From Bacillota bacterium (lineage in GTDB: Bacteria > Bacillota > Clostridia > Lachnospirales > Lachnospiraceae): a stretch of DNA of 64,000 bases. The stretch covers positions 55,399 to 119,398 of the forward strand of contig JAEXAX010000034.1 of the NCBI GenBank assembly GCA_023458035.1, given 5' to 3'. The notes beneath the pieces were generated by a model. The model saw nothing but the letters and a program-made list of their open reading frames with translations. It was not told where the DNA came from and did not search any database. Positions 29,718 through 39,008 of the stretch are shown in pieces. Position 1 is the first letter of the stretch. Every line of letters begins with the position of its first letter. The position numbers and the translations under genes were made by a program.

Positions 29718-29727
29718 TTTTTATACC

Positions 29728-31704
29728 ATGAAAAAATATAGATTACTTAATAAGATAACAATTAAACGACCGATAGTTTTTTTGTGTGGACCATATTATA
29801 GGAAATCAGACGATGACCGACGAAAAATCTTAAAAGATTATCTAATAAATACAGAGAAAGATACAAAGAAACGATGCTTGCCGTTGATTATTGATGATTT
29901 TATGTCAGAAGACAAAATTCAAGATTCGACGATTAACGTTCAACTTATGGAAGAGATATTTGCTGCAGTTTCATATCGAACATATATCTTTCTTGATACT
30001 ATTTCGACAGCTGCCGAGTTGGGTATTTTTGCTAACAGCGCATACAGTAATTCCTTAAAAATTTATCTGCCCAAATATGATGATATTTATAATAAAAGTA
30101 ATGTTGGGTATTTCGTACGTAGTGGAGTGCTAAGGGAAGATTCATCACTAATAGATGTTCTTGAATATCGACCAAAGATACAGAGAAAAGCAATTGCTAC
30201 TGATTATATAGTTGAATACTATGGCTTTGTAAATGATGAATTACCTGAAAACATAAAAATTGATATTGATGATGATAAAGGGATAGGAAGCCAATCTTAT
30301 TCTATTGATATTAAAAATCTGAATTCTAGACCTACAACTTTTAATCAGATTTGCTATTTTGATGATGGCTCCTCATTAAATATAAAAACTTCGTTAAAGC
30401 TTTTGTTTTATACGACGTTGGCAATTGTTTATCCTGAATATCATGATTTTTTTGTGAGGAAGGATAACGACTTTTCAAAGATTGATATATCAATTGTTAC
30501 TAAGAAGGTTAAGGAAGCATATGTCAGTCTTATAGCAACAAACCATATTATTGGTGCATATAAAGATACTGATATAAAAATAGAAACAGCATTAAATGTT
30601 GAGCATAATGAAGAATTAATTAGGCATATTGTTAAGTTTCTTCATTTATTTAATACAGAGTCAGATTACACGAATACATATCTATTTACTAATCCAGAAG
30701 GTATGTTAATAGAAACTCTTGATGATAAAAAGTTTTTACACGATATTATTTCATTTTCAGGAGAACAAATAAATCTTTTGAATTCAATAATAACTGAGCC
30801 TGGGAAGTATTATGAAAAGATTATAGTAACCAAGGGCAAGAAAAAACGTGAAATAGTTAAATATAAAGAAACTCGAGATGGTGAAGATGCTAGAAGGTTT
30901 CACGAGTACATTGTAGATACGCTTTCTCAGAAATATATGCCCCATAATGCTTCATATGCGTATCATAAGAATGTGGGGATTAAAAATTGTGTGTTGGCAC
31001 ATATTTCTAGCAATAGTTTTATTAAATTCGATATAAGAAAATTTTTTAACAGCATTACAATTAAGGTTGCAGAAAATGCGTTAATGAGGGAGTTTAATAT
31101 AACAGAAAAAAATAGCAAATTAGTAAAGACAATATTGTCAATGTGCTTCTTTGAGAATAAAATGCCACTTGGTTTAGTTGGGTCTCCACTAATTTCAGAT
31201 ATCGTGATGAAATCATTCGATGAAAATATAGCTTTTTTTGCTCATGAAAACAATTTGCTGTATACTCGCTACGCGGACGATATGATGTTTTCTTCTTCTC
31301 AAGACATTTCAGATGAAATTTATTTGGCAGTTGGATCTATTGTTAAGGCGGAACTACAAGAACTTGGTCTTAAGCTCAATGAGGATAAAACACAGGTTGT
31401 TTCTTTTGATGATAAGCATTCTTTTGTAAAATATATAGGTGTTGCTATTGTAAAGGGTTCCAAGGGGAATTTTCTTTCTGTTGGAAAGGAATATATTTTT
31501 GAGACAGCCAAAGAATATCTTGAGTATCAGAGAAAATATTCTGAATCAGAATTGGACTCAGAAGATAAATTTTATGCGCAGAAGAGATTGATAGGCAGAA
31601 TTGGGTATATCAAACATATAGAAGGTAATCGTGGAATAAACAGATTAAAACAACGGTTGTCTAAATATGTTGATCTGCAAGCTAACCCGGATTTAGTGAT
31701 ATAG
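29728..31704 (+). CDS. Retron-type reverse transcriptase with an N-terminal nucleoside 2-deoxyribosyltransferase-like (NDT-like) domain and an uncharacterised middle region (658 aa)
   Basis: RT motifs: YYEKIIVTKGKKKREI, FIKFDIRKFFNSI (nt 31027-31047), LGLVGSPLISDIV, RYADDMMFS (YADD at nt 31270-31281), LKLNEDKTQVV. The C-terminal GRIGYIKHIEG...L..LSKY resembles retron RT tails. N-terminus: IVFLCGPYY ... IFLDTISTAAELGIFA, an NDT-like G-rich start plus a D...T..ELG motif. Confidence 0.8.
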   Translation: MKKYRLLNKITIKRPIVFLCGPYYRKSDDDRRKILKDYLINTEKDTKKRCLPLIIDDFMSEDKIQDSTINVQLMEEIFAAVSYRTYIFLDTISTAAELGIFANSAYSNSLKIYLPKYDDIYNKSNVGYFVRSGVLREDSSLIDVLEYRPKIQRKAIATDYIVEYYGFVNDELPENIKIDIDDDKGIGSQSYSIDIKNLNSRPTTFNQICYFDDGSSLNIKTSLKLLFYTTLAIVYPEYHDFFVRKDNDFSKIDISIVTKKVKEAYVSLIATNHIIGAYKDTDIKIETALNVEHNEELIRHIVKFLHLFNTESDYTNTYLFTNPEGMLIETLDDKKFLHDIISFSGEQINLLNSIITEPGKYYEKIIVTKGKKKREIVKYKETRDGEDARRFHEYIVDTLSQKYMPHNASYAYHKNVGIKNCVLAHISSNSFIKFDIRKFFNSITIKVAENALMREFNITEKNSKLVKTILSMCFFENKMPLGLVGSPLISDIVMKSFDENIAFFAHENNLLYTRYADDMMFSSSQDISDEIYLAVGSIVKAELQELGLKLNEDKTQVVSFDDKHSFVKYIGVAIVKGSKGNFLSVGKEYIFETAKEYLEYQRKYSESELDSEDKFYAQKRLIGRIGYIKHIEGNRGINRLKQRLSKYVDLQANPDLVI

Positions 31705-31908
31705 TCTGATAATTGAATGTTCACATTCTATGGCGTTGTCAAGATTTTGTGCACTGGTAATGTTTGGCTGATGTTTGGTCGTTTGATTGAAAACTTTGAA
31801 TTTGTAGAAGTAACACTTCTGGTCCCGGGGACCAAAAGTAAAAAGTAAAAATCCAGCAAACCAAGTAAAATCAATGGTTTGAGACGATTTGAAAGGAAAA
31901 GAAATTTT

Positions 31909-32385
31909 ATGCTAAACAAGATAAAAGTCCTCATGGTTTGCCACGGCAATATCTGCCGCTCAGTGGCCGCACAGTATATTTTCACAGACATGATCAGAAA
32001 AGCCGGACGTCAGGCCGAGTTTCTGATCGAATCAGCGGCCACCACCCGTGAGGAAATCGGTGCGCCGATCTATCCACTCATGCGGGCGACCCTGGAAAGA
32101 CACGGGGTGCCGATCGGCGATCACCGGGCTGTTCAGGTAACCAAAACAGATTATCAGAACTATGATCTGATTATCGGTATGGATCGGGAGAACCGTTGTG
32201 ACCTGAACCGCATTCTGGGTGCGGATCCGGATGGTAAGATCCAAAACCTGCTGGCTTATGCCGGCCGAGGGGAGGACGAGGTGTTTGATCCCTGGTATAG
32301 TCGGGATTTTGAGCAGGCCTATCGGGATATTAAAGAAGGCTGTGAAGGCCTGCTGAAAGCTATTGACGAAGGCCTGTCCGCCTGA
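31909..32385 (+). CDS. Low-molecular-weight protein-tyrosine phosphatase
   Basis: Active-site loop VCHGNICRS (CX5R-S) near the N-terminus. DP motif (VFDPWY). First high-GC gene after the island. Confidence 0.85.
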   Translation: MLNKIKVLMVCHGNICRSVAAQYIFTDMIRKAGRQAEFLIESAATTREEIGAPIYPLMRATLERHGVPIGDHRAVQVTKTDYQNYDLIIGMDRENRCDLNRILGADPDGKIQNLLAYAGRGEDEVFDPWYSRDFEQAYRDIKEGCEGLLKAIDEGLSA

Positions 32386-32506
32386 CTATAATTTTATTAA
32401 GCCGGATTCCCAAAAAGTCATTGCCAGTAGATATATAATTATATTATAATATCATAATATAATGACGAAATATTTTTTATGTCATATATTTAAGGAGGAA
32501 ATGACG

Positions 32507-32827
32507 ATGGGTTTATTTGAATTTTTTATGGGCGCAGCGGATATCAATGCCGGTGTAGAGGAGTTCAAGCGGACACAGGACGCCGTTTTGCTGGACGTCA
32601 GAACGGCAGAGGAGTACCGGGGCGGCCATGTGCCGCAGAGTGTGAATATTCCGCTGCAGAACCTGCAAATGGTAACAAGCAAGGTCAGAAACAAGCAGAC
32701 CCCGCTGTATATCTATTGCCATAGTGGCAGTCGCAGCTCGCAGGCCTGCGCCGGCTTAAAGCGCCTGGGTTATACAAACGTACATAATATTGGTGGAATC
32801 ATGAATTACCGTGGAGCGGTCGAGTAA
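32507..32827 (+). CDS. Rhodanese-domain sulfurtransferase
   Basis: LLDVRTAEEYRGGHVPQSVNIP and active-site loop YCHSGSRS. Confidence 0.8.
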   Translation: MGLFEFFMGAADINAGVEEFKRTQDAVLLDVRTAEEYRGGHVPQSVNIPLQNLQMVTSKVRNKQTPLYIYCHSGSRSSQACAGLKRLGYTNVHNIGGIMNYRGAVE

Positions 32828-32886
32828 GTAGCACGAACAGCATAACAGCCGCACGCCCCTTCATGTAACACCGGAAAGAGGTGACT

Positions 32887-34563
32887 ATGTTTACACAGAA
32901 TATTGCATGGATCGGCAGTACAGCAGAGGGAAAACGTGTTTCGATTTTACCGAGAATGGCGAACCGCCATGGCTTGATCGCCGGCGCCACCGGTACCGGT
33001 AAGACCATTACTTTAAAGGTGCTGGCTGAGGCGTTCAGTGATATGGGAGTGCCGGTGTTTCTGGCGGATGTCAAGGGAGATGTTTCCGGTCTGATGCAGC
33101 CGGGTGAGGACAGTCCGAAGCTGCAGGAACGTATCAGCCGTTTCGGTCTGGCGGAAGCCGGTTTTGCCTACCGCGGTTATCCGGTGACAGTGTGGGATAT
33201 CTACGGGCAGAACGGTGTGCCGCTCAGAACCACCATTTCGGAGATGGGGCCTTTATTACTGGCGCGCATTCTGCAATTAAATGATCTCCAAAGCGATATC
33301 CTCGGCATCGTTTTTAAGATCGCCGATGATGAAGGTTTATTGCTGTTGGATACCAAGGATCTGAAGGCCATGCTGAACTGGGTGGATGAGCATCAGAAGG
33401 AGCTGGCGCCGACCTATGGCAAGATGTCGACAGCCTCATTGGGCTCTATCACAAGAGCGGTGGTAGCGTTGGAAATGCTCGGCGGAGATATCTTCTTCGG
33501 TGAACCCGCCCTGAACATTCGTGACTGGTTTACCACTTCTACGGATGGTCGAGGCATGATGCAATTATTAAATTCCGAGAGTCTGATCAATAATCCGGCT
33601 CTTTATGCTACCTTCTTATTATGGCTGATGTCGGAATTATTTGAAACCCTGCCGGAGGTCGGAGATATGGAGAAGCCGAAGATGGTCTTTTTCTTTGACG
33701 AAGCCCACTTGCTTTTCGCCAATGCGCCGAAGCCGTTGTTGGATAAGATAGAGCAGGTGGTGAAGCTGATTCGCTCTAAGGGTGTGGGCATCTATTTCTG
33801 TACACAGAATCCGCGTGATATTCCGGATGGTGTGCTGGCTCAGCTGGGCAATCGGATCGAGCATGCCCTGCGGGCCTATACACCGGCTGATCAGAAGGCG
33901 GTACGGGCGGCGGCTGATTCCTTTAGAGTCAATCCGGCCTTTGATACCTATGAGACCATCATGGCCCTCGGAACCGGTGAGGCGGTCGTTTCCTTTTTGC
34001 AGGAAGACGGTACGCCGGGCATGGCCGAGAAGGTGGCGATCTTACCGCCGCAGAGTGCCATGAAGGCAGCCGATCCGGCATTGCGCACGCAGGCCGTTCA
34101 GGGAACGCTGGCATATACCAGATATGCGACCGCTGTCGATTCGGATTCGGCTTATGAGATATTACAGCGTCTGGGAATAGAGGAAGAGGCTGCCGCCGAG
34201 CAGCAGCGTCAGGCCGAAGCTCAACAGAAAGAACAGGCAAAGGCAGAGGCATTACAGGCCAAGCAGGCGGAAAAGTATGCAGTACTGCAGGCCAAGCTGC
34301 AGGCTCAGCAGGAGGCCGCACAGCAAAAGCTGCTGCTAAAGCAACAGGAAATGGCTGCCAAGCAGGCGGAAAAAGAAGCTGCCGCCGCTGCCCGGGTTCG
34401 TGAGCGGGCGGTGAAGTCGGTCGGCAACAGTGTGGTCGGCACCGTCGGTCGTGAGATGGGCAAGCAGTTGGGTAAGGGCTTTGGTTCCTTTGGCAAGACC
34501 CTGGGTGGAAATGTCGGCGCCAGCCTTGGCCGCGGCTTATTCAGCACCCTGTTTAAACGATGA
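32887..34563 (+). CDS. HerA/DUF853-family P-loop ATPase with a Gln/Ala/Glu/Lys-rich C-terminal tail
   Basis: Walker A GATGTGKT and Walker B-like VFFFDEAH. C-terminal low-complexity coiled-coil-like region. Confidence 0.7.
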   Translation: MFTQNIAWIGSTAEGKRVSILPRMANRHGLIAGATGTGKTITLKVLAEAFSDMGVPVFLADVKGDVSGLMQPGEDSPKLQERISRFGLAEAGFAYRGYPVTVWDIYGQNGVPLRTTISEMGPLLLARILQLNDLQSDILGIVFKIADDEGLLLLDTKDLKAMLNWVDEHQKELAPTYGKMSTASLGSITRAVVALEMLGGDIFFGEPALNIRDWFTTSTDGRGMMQLLNSESLINNPALYATFLLWLMSELFETLPEVGDMEKPKMVFFFDEAHLLFANAPKPLLDKIEQVVKLIRSKGVGIYFCTQNPRDIPDGVLAQLGNRIEHALRAYTPADQKAVRAAADSFRVNPAFDTYETIMALGTGEAVVSFLQEDGTPGMAEKVAILPPQSAMKAADPALRTQAVQGTLAYTRYATAVDSDSAYEILQRLGIEEEAAAEQQRQAEAQQKEQAKAEALQAKQAEKYAVLQAKLQAQQEAAQQKLLLKQQEMAAKQAEKEAAAAARVRERAVKSVGNSVVGTVGREMGKQLGKGFGSFGKTLGGNVGASLGRGLFSTLFKR

Positions 34564-35360
34564 GCCGGCAGCAGTTGTCCGTGATCTGGCTGAGTACGTT
34601 GCCGGTGCCGGCCGCCCTGACCGAAGAAGCGGAGCTGTCAGTGACAGCGGCCGCTGCGGTTCGATTGGTCGGACGGGACTTTGACAGTCCGGTCGTGGTC
34701 GTGACAGATCGTCAGGCGATGGTGGCAGAGGCATGTGCGGCCGGTCTGCCTTGTATTGGCATAGAAAGGGGAGTAGAGAGGTTATCTGCTCCCTATATTT
34801 ATGAGTCGGAAACGGATATCGATCGTGAGGCGATCGAGCGGGCATACAGGCGCTTTCATCAGCTGCCGCTGACCATCGCCAAAACAAAACGTCTGACCAT
34901 TCGCGAGCTTTCCGAAGCGGACTTTGAGTTTGTGCTGACCTTAGCGGACAGTGATCCGGCGGCTGCCGATGAGCGATTGACCGGGGAAAAGCTAAGCAGT
35001 CAGATCAGGGTAGCCTATCCATTCTACGGCTTTGGTATTTGGCTGATCGAGTCGGCCCCGGGGCAGAGGGACGATAAGCTTCGGCCGATCGGAATCTTAA
35101 GCTTTTCGCCGGATGCTATGCCGGCCATTGGCTATCAGCTGCTCCCCGAGGAGCGCGGACAGGGACTGGCTGCCGAGGCGGCGGCGGCCGGCCTGGCCTA
35201 TATGCGGGAGCTCGGCTATGAGGCATTCGTCTGTCGTATCGCAGCCGATAACAAGGCTTCGCAGCGGGTAGCCGAAAAGCTTGGCTTTGTTCGTTGCGCG
35301 GACGGTAATTGGAACTGGACAAGCAAATCTCAGTCCATCTATAATAAAGGCGATACATGA
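34560..35360 (+). CDS. Protein with a C-terminal GNAT (RimJ/RimL-like) acetyltransferase domain
   Basis: TKRLTIRELSEADFEF... and QGLAAEAAAAGLAYM motifs. The N-terminal ~110 aa are unassigned. Confidence 0.55.
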   Translation: MSRQQLSVIWLSTLPVPAALTEEAELSVTAAAAVRLVGRDFDSPVVVVTDRQAMVAEACAAGLPCIGIERGVERLSAPYIYESETDIDREAIERAYRRFHQLPLTIAKTKRLTIRELSEADFEFVLTLADSDPAAADERLTGEKLSSQIRVAYPFYGFGIWLIESAPGQRDDKLRPIGILSFSPDAMPAIGYQLLPEERGQGLAAEAAAAGLAYMRELGYEAFVCRIAADNKASQRVAEKLGFVRCADGNWNWTSKSQSIYNKGDT

Positions 35361-35391
35361 TTGACGACCTGTACAAGAATCAGGAGGAAAG

Positions 35392-36756
35392 ATGGAATTT
35401 CGATTAGAGCATGACACCATGGGCGAGATAGCGGTTCCGGCCGAACGGGCCTGGGGAGCCCAGACACAGCGCAGCCTGCAGAACTTTGCCATTGGCAATG
35501 AGCTGATGCCGACAGAGATCATTCGGGCCTTTGCGGTTTTAAAATCAGCGGCTGCCGCCACCAACGGAGTTCTTGGTAAGCTGGCGGCTGACAAACAGTC
35601 AGCCATAGAAACGGCCTGTCGTGAAGTGTTGGACGGCCTGCATGCGGCAGAGTTTCCGCTGAAGGTTTGGCAGACAGGCAGCGGCACGCAGAGCAATATG
35701 AATGTCAATGAGGTCATTGCCCATCTGGGGAACCGGGCGAATCCGCGGTTACGCCTGCATCCGAACGATGACGTCAATATGTCGCAGAGCTCAAATGACA
35801 CCTTTCCGACTGCTATGCATATCGCCGCGGTGACGGCGATCCATGAGCGGCTGCTGCCTGCCCTGGATCGGCTCCGAGACACCCTGACGCGTCTGGAAGC
35901 GGAGAATGCGAAGATCATTAAAATCGGACGAACACATCTGCAGGATGCGGTACCGCTTCGTTTTTCTCAGGAAATCAGCGGCTGGCGCGGTATGATGGAG
36001 GCGAGTCGAAGGATGCTTATGGAGGCCATAAAAGAATTAACCGAGCTGGCCATTGGTGGAACGGCGGTCGGTACCGGGCTGAACTGTCCGGTCGGGTTTG
36101 ATGATCGCTGTGCTGAGGAGATCTCGGCTCTGACCGGCCTGAACTTTACGGCTTCAAAAAATAAGTTTCATGCGCTGACCGCCAAAGATGGTTATGTTTT
36201 TGTACACGGAGCCCTAAAGGCTCTGGCCGCTAATCTGATGAAGATCGCCAATGACATTCGCTGGCTGGCCAGCGGTCCGCGCTGCGGCATCGGCGAAATC
36301 AGCATTCCGGAAAATGAGCCGGGCAGTTCGATCATGCCGGGTAAGGTGAATCCGACCCAGTGCGAGGCTATTACCATGATTGCCGTGCAGGTGATGGGCA
36401 ATGACGCCGCCATTGGCATCGGTGCATCGCAGGGAAATTTTGAATTGAATGTTTTCATGCCGGTGCTGGCCTATAACATGCTGCAGTCGATTCGCCTGTT
36501 GGCCGACGGGATGAATTCCTTTGACGAGCATTGCCTGAGCGGCCTGAAAGCCGAGCCGCAGCGGATGCGCGAAAACCTCGATCGGTCGTTGATGCTGGTA
36601 ACCTGCCTGGCGCCGCAGATCGGCTACGAGAAGGCGGCTGCAGCCGCCAAGAAGGCTTTTGCCGAGGGAACGACCCTAAAAGAGGCTGTGGTGGCATTGG
36701 GATACCTGGATGAAGCTGCTTATGATGCACAGGTAAAACCTGAGCGGATGGTTTAG
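35392..36756 (+). CDS. fumC: Class II fumarate hydratase
   Basis: GSSIMPGKVNP signature and TGSGTQSNMN. 454 aa. Confidence 0.9.
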   Translation: MEFRLEHDTMGEIAVPAERAWGAQTQRSLQNFAIGNELMPTEIIRAFAVLKSAAAATNGVLGKLAADKQSAIETACREVLDGLHAAEFPLKVWQTGSGTQSNMNVNEVIAHLGNRANPRLRLHPNDDVNMSQSSNDTFPTAMHIAAVTAIHERLLPALDRLRDTLTRLEAENAKIIKIGRTHLQDAVPLRFSQEISGWRGMMEASRRMLMEAIKELTELAIGGTAVGTGLNCPVGFDDRCAEEISALTGLNFTASKNKFHALTAKDGYVFVHGALKALAANLMKIANDIRWLASGPRCGIGEISIPENEPGSSIMPGKVNPTQCEAITMIAVQVMGNDAAIGIGASQGNFELNVFMPVLAYNMLQSIRLLADGMNSFDEHCLSGLKAEPQRMRENLDRSLMLVTCLAPQIGYEKAAAAAKKAFAEGTTLKEAVVALGYLDEAAYDAQVKPERMV

Positions 36757-36786
36757 GTAAGCTATGTTTTGATGAGGAGGAAGAAA

Positions 36787-37959
36787 ATGGATTACGCAGC
36801 AGAATCATTGAAGATGCATTATGAATTAAAGGGCAAGCTGGAGGTGGCGCCGCGGGCGGCGGTGGATTCTAAGGAAGCATTAAGCTTAGCCTATACACCG
36901 GGCGTGGCTCAGCCTTGCCTGGAGATCCGGAAGGATATAAATAAAAGCTACGAGCTGACCAGGCGCTGGAATACGGTGGCGGTGGTGACGGATGGGACCG
37001 CTGTGCTGGGTCTCGGAAACATCGGGCCGGAGGCCGGTATGCCGGTGATGGAGGGAAAATGCGTTCTGTTCAAGGCATTCGGAGATGTGGATGCGATTCC
37101 GCTTTGTATACGCAGTCAGGACGTCGATGAGATCGTGCGCACGGTAGAATTGTTGGCGGGCAGCTTCGGTGGCGTGAATCTGGAGGATATCGCTGCTCCG
37201 CGCTGTTTTGAGATTGAGCGACGTTTAAAAGAAGTGTGTGATATTCCGATCTTCCATGATGATCAGCACGGTACCGCCGTGGTGACCATGGCCGGTTTGA
37301 TCAATGCGTTGAAGCTGGTTGGAAAGAAGCTGGAGAACATCAAGGTGGTGACCTCCGGCGCCGGCGCGGCCGGTATCGCTATCACGCGCTTGCTGCTGTC
37401 CATGGGCGCTCAGCAGGTTATTTTGACAGATCGAAACGGTGCCATCTACGAGGGACGCGCAGACCTAAATCCGATCAAGCGGGAGATGGCAAGGATCACG
37501 AATCGCGAGCGTCAGCAGGGAGACCTGGCGGCCGTGATCAAGGGGGCGGATGTTTTTATCGGCGTTTCGGCGCCGGGGGCGCTGACCCGGGATATGGTGC
37601 GCAGTATGGCCGATGACGCGATCATCTTCGCCTGTGCCAACCCGATTCCGGAGATCTATCCGGAGGAGGCGAAGGCCGCCGGAGCCAGAGTGGTAGCGAC
37701 CGGTCGTTCAGATTTTCCGAATCAGATCAATAATGTGCTCTGCTTTCCAGGTATCTTCCGCGGGGCGTTGGATGTGCGGGCGTCGGATATCAATGACGAG
37801 ATGAAGATTGCGGCGGCGTATGCCATTGCCGGCCTGGTCAGCGATGAGGAACTGAGCGAGGAATATATCATACCGGCGGCCTTTGATGAACGTGTGAAGG
37901 ATGCTGTGGCCGAGGCGGCCGGACAGGCGGCCGTCAGAAGCGGCATAGCCAGAAGCTGA
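36787..37959 (+). CDS. NAD(P)-dependent malic enzyme (short form)
   Basis: [33 protein letters not shown] and GAGAAG motifs. Confidence 0.9.
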   Translation: MDYAAESLKMHYELKGKLEVAPRAAVDSKEALSLAYTPGVAQPCLEIRKDINKSYELTRRWNTVAVVTDGTAVLGLGNIGPEAGMPVMEGKCVLFKAFGDVDAIPLCIRSQDVDEIVRTVELLAGSFGGVNLEDIAAPRCFEIERRLKEVCDIPIFHDDQHGTAVVTMAGLINALKLVGKKLENIKVVTSGAGAAGIAITRLLLSMGAQQVILTDRNGAIYEGRADLNPIKREMARITNRERQQGDLAAVIKGADVFIGVSAPGALTRDMVRSMADDAIIFACANPIPEIYPEEAKAAGARVVATGRSDFPNQINNVLCFPGIFRGALDVRASDINDEMKIAAAYAIAGLVSDEELSEEYIIPAAFDERVKDAVAEAAGQAAVRSGIARS

Positions 37960-38115
37960 ATCGTCATGCCTCCTCTATCTTTGTGTAAAATCATTAAATA
38001 TTTCATTATGGCATTGAATTATTTGTGAAATAGTGCTATGATAAAAACATAAATAAGTTGTGTCCGTCGAAGGAGGCTGCTTACTAAAAAGATTACTTTA
38101 GAGGAGGAATTTGCC

Positions 38116-38871
38116 ATGAAACTGGAGAAAAAGAATCTCATCGTTGCCCGCTCCTACAAGGAAGTATATAAGACGGACGAAGGGCTGGTAAAGGTATTTA
38201 ATGCAGAGCATCCGAAGGCCAATGTGTTCAATGAAGCATTGATCACAGCCCGTGTTGAGGCGACCGGTTTAGCGGTTCCGAAGATTCTGGAAGTGAAGCA
38301 GATCGATAGTCGCTGGGCTTTGGTGCTGGAGTATAAAGAGGGCAAGACCTTGGAACAGCTGATGACCGAGCATCCGGAAAAGAGAGAGGAATACATGGAC
38401 CTTTTCGTGGAACTGCAGCTTGGTATGCATGAGAAGCGTTCTCCGCTGTTAAATAAATTAAAGGATAAGATGGCCCGGAAGATCAACACTTTGTCTGAGT
38501 TGCTGGACGCCACTACTCGGTATGAACTGCTGACCAGACTGGAGTCCATGCCGAAGCATGATAAGCTTTGTCACGGTGATTTTAATCCGAGCAATATCAT
38601 CATCGGCGAGGATGGAACTGCAACCATCATCGACTGGTCCCATGCCTCTCAGGGGAATGCCAGTGCCGATGCAGCCATGACCTACATCCTGTTCTATCTG
38701 CAGGATCAGGCTTTGGCAGAGCTATATCTGAAGACCTTCTGCAGGAAGAGCGATACCGCTATGCAGTATGTGCAGCAGTGGCTGCCGATTGCGGCAGCCT
38801 ACCGTTTGACAAAATCGACGGAAGAGAAAGAAACCCTGATGCGTTGGATCGACTTCTTTGATTTCCAATAA
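38116..38871 (+). CDS. Aminoglycoside/choline-kinase-like phosphotransferase family protein
   Basis: Catalytic loop CHGDFNPSNIII and IDWSHA (Mg-binding D). Confidence 0.65.
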   Translation: MKLEKKNLIVARSYKEVYKTDEGLVKVFNAEHPKANVFNEALITARVEATGLAVPKILEVKQIDSRWALVLEYKEGKTLEQLMTEHPEKREEYMDLFVELQLGMHEKRSPLLNKLKDKMARKINTLSELLDATTRYELLTRLESMPKHDKLCHGDFNPSNIIIGEDGTATIIDWSHASQGNASADAAMTYILFYLQDQALAELYLKTFCRKSDTAMQYVQQWLPIAAAYRLTKSTEEKETLMRWIDFFDFQ

Positions 38872-38891
38872 GGTGGTTCATCCTTTTCCTG

Positions 38892-38933
38892 CGATCCCCC
38901 GGGTGGCGTCTGTCTCCCCGGGGGATCGTTTGG
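38892..38933 (+). terminator. Rho-independent terminator
   Basis: 12-bp GC-rich stem CGATCCCCCGGG/CCCGGGGGATCG followed by a short, weak T-tract (TT..T). Confidence 0.65.
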
Positions 38934-39008
38934 TATGGAGAACAAAGCGTTTATTCGACATGCCGACAGCATAAGGAACATAGGTTCAGAAAGGAACATA
39001 ATAACAAT

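Noticed and set aside
29701-29722. TCTACA-c-TGTAGGA palindrome plus T-run as an efficient intrinsic terminator ending the ncRNA before the RT.
   Set aside because: A 1-nt loop is sterically impossible, the usable stem is about 5 bp and AT-rich, and termination here would prevent RT expression from the only evident promoter. The TAGGATTCT half is more plausibly the a2 arm.
29632-29727. The ORF-track start (TTG at 29632) adds 32 residues (MIRSLFPLAAYARGAHSSTPCLILHCRILFYT) to the reverse transcriptase.
   Set aside because: The extension is the translation of the GC-rich non-coding patch and has no protein-like character. The ATG at 29728 (MKKYRLLNK...) begins the AT-rich coding composition. The extension region is better explained as ncRNA.
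31728-31991. 87-aa minus-strand ORF crossing the island/backbone boundary.
   Set aside because: It spans the palindromes and the 5' end of the LMW-PTP gene in antisense, with no RBS and no motifs.
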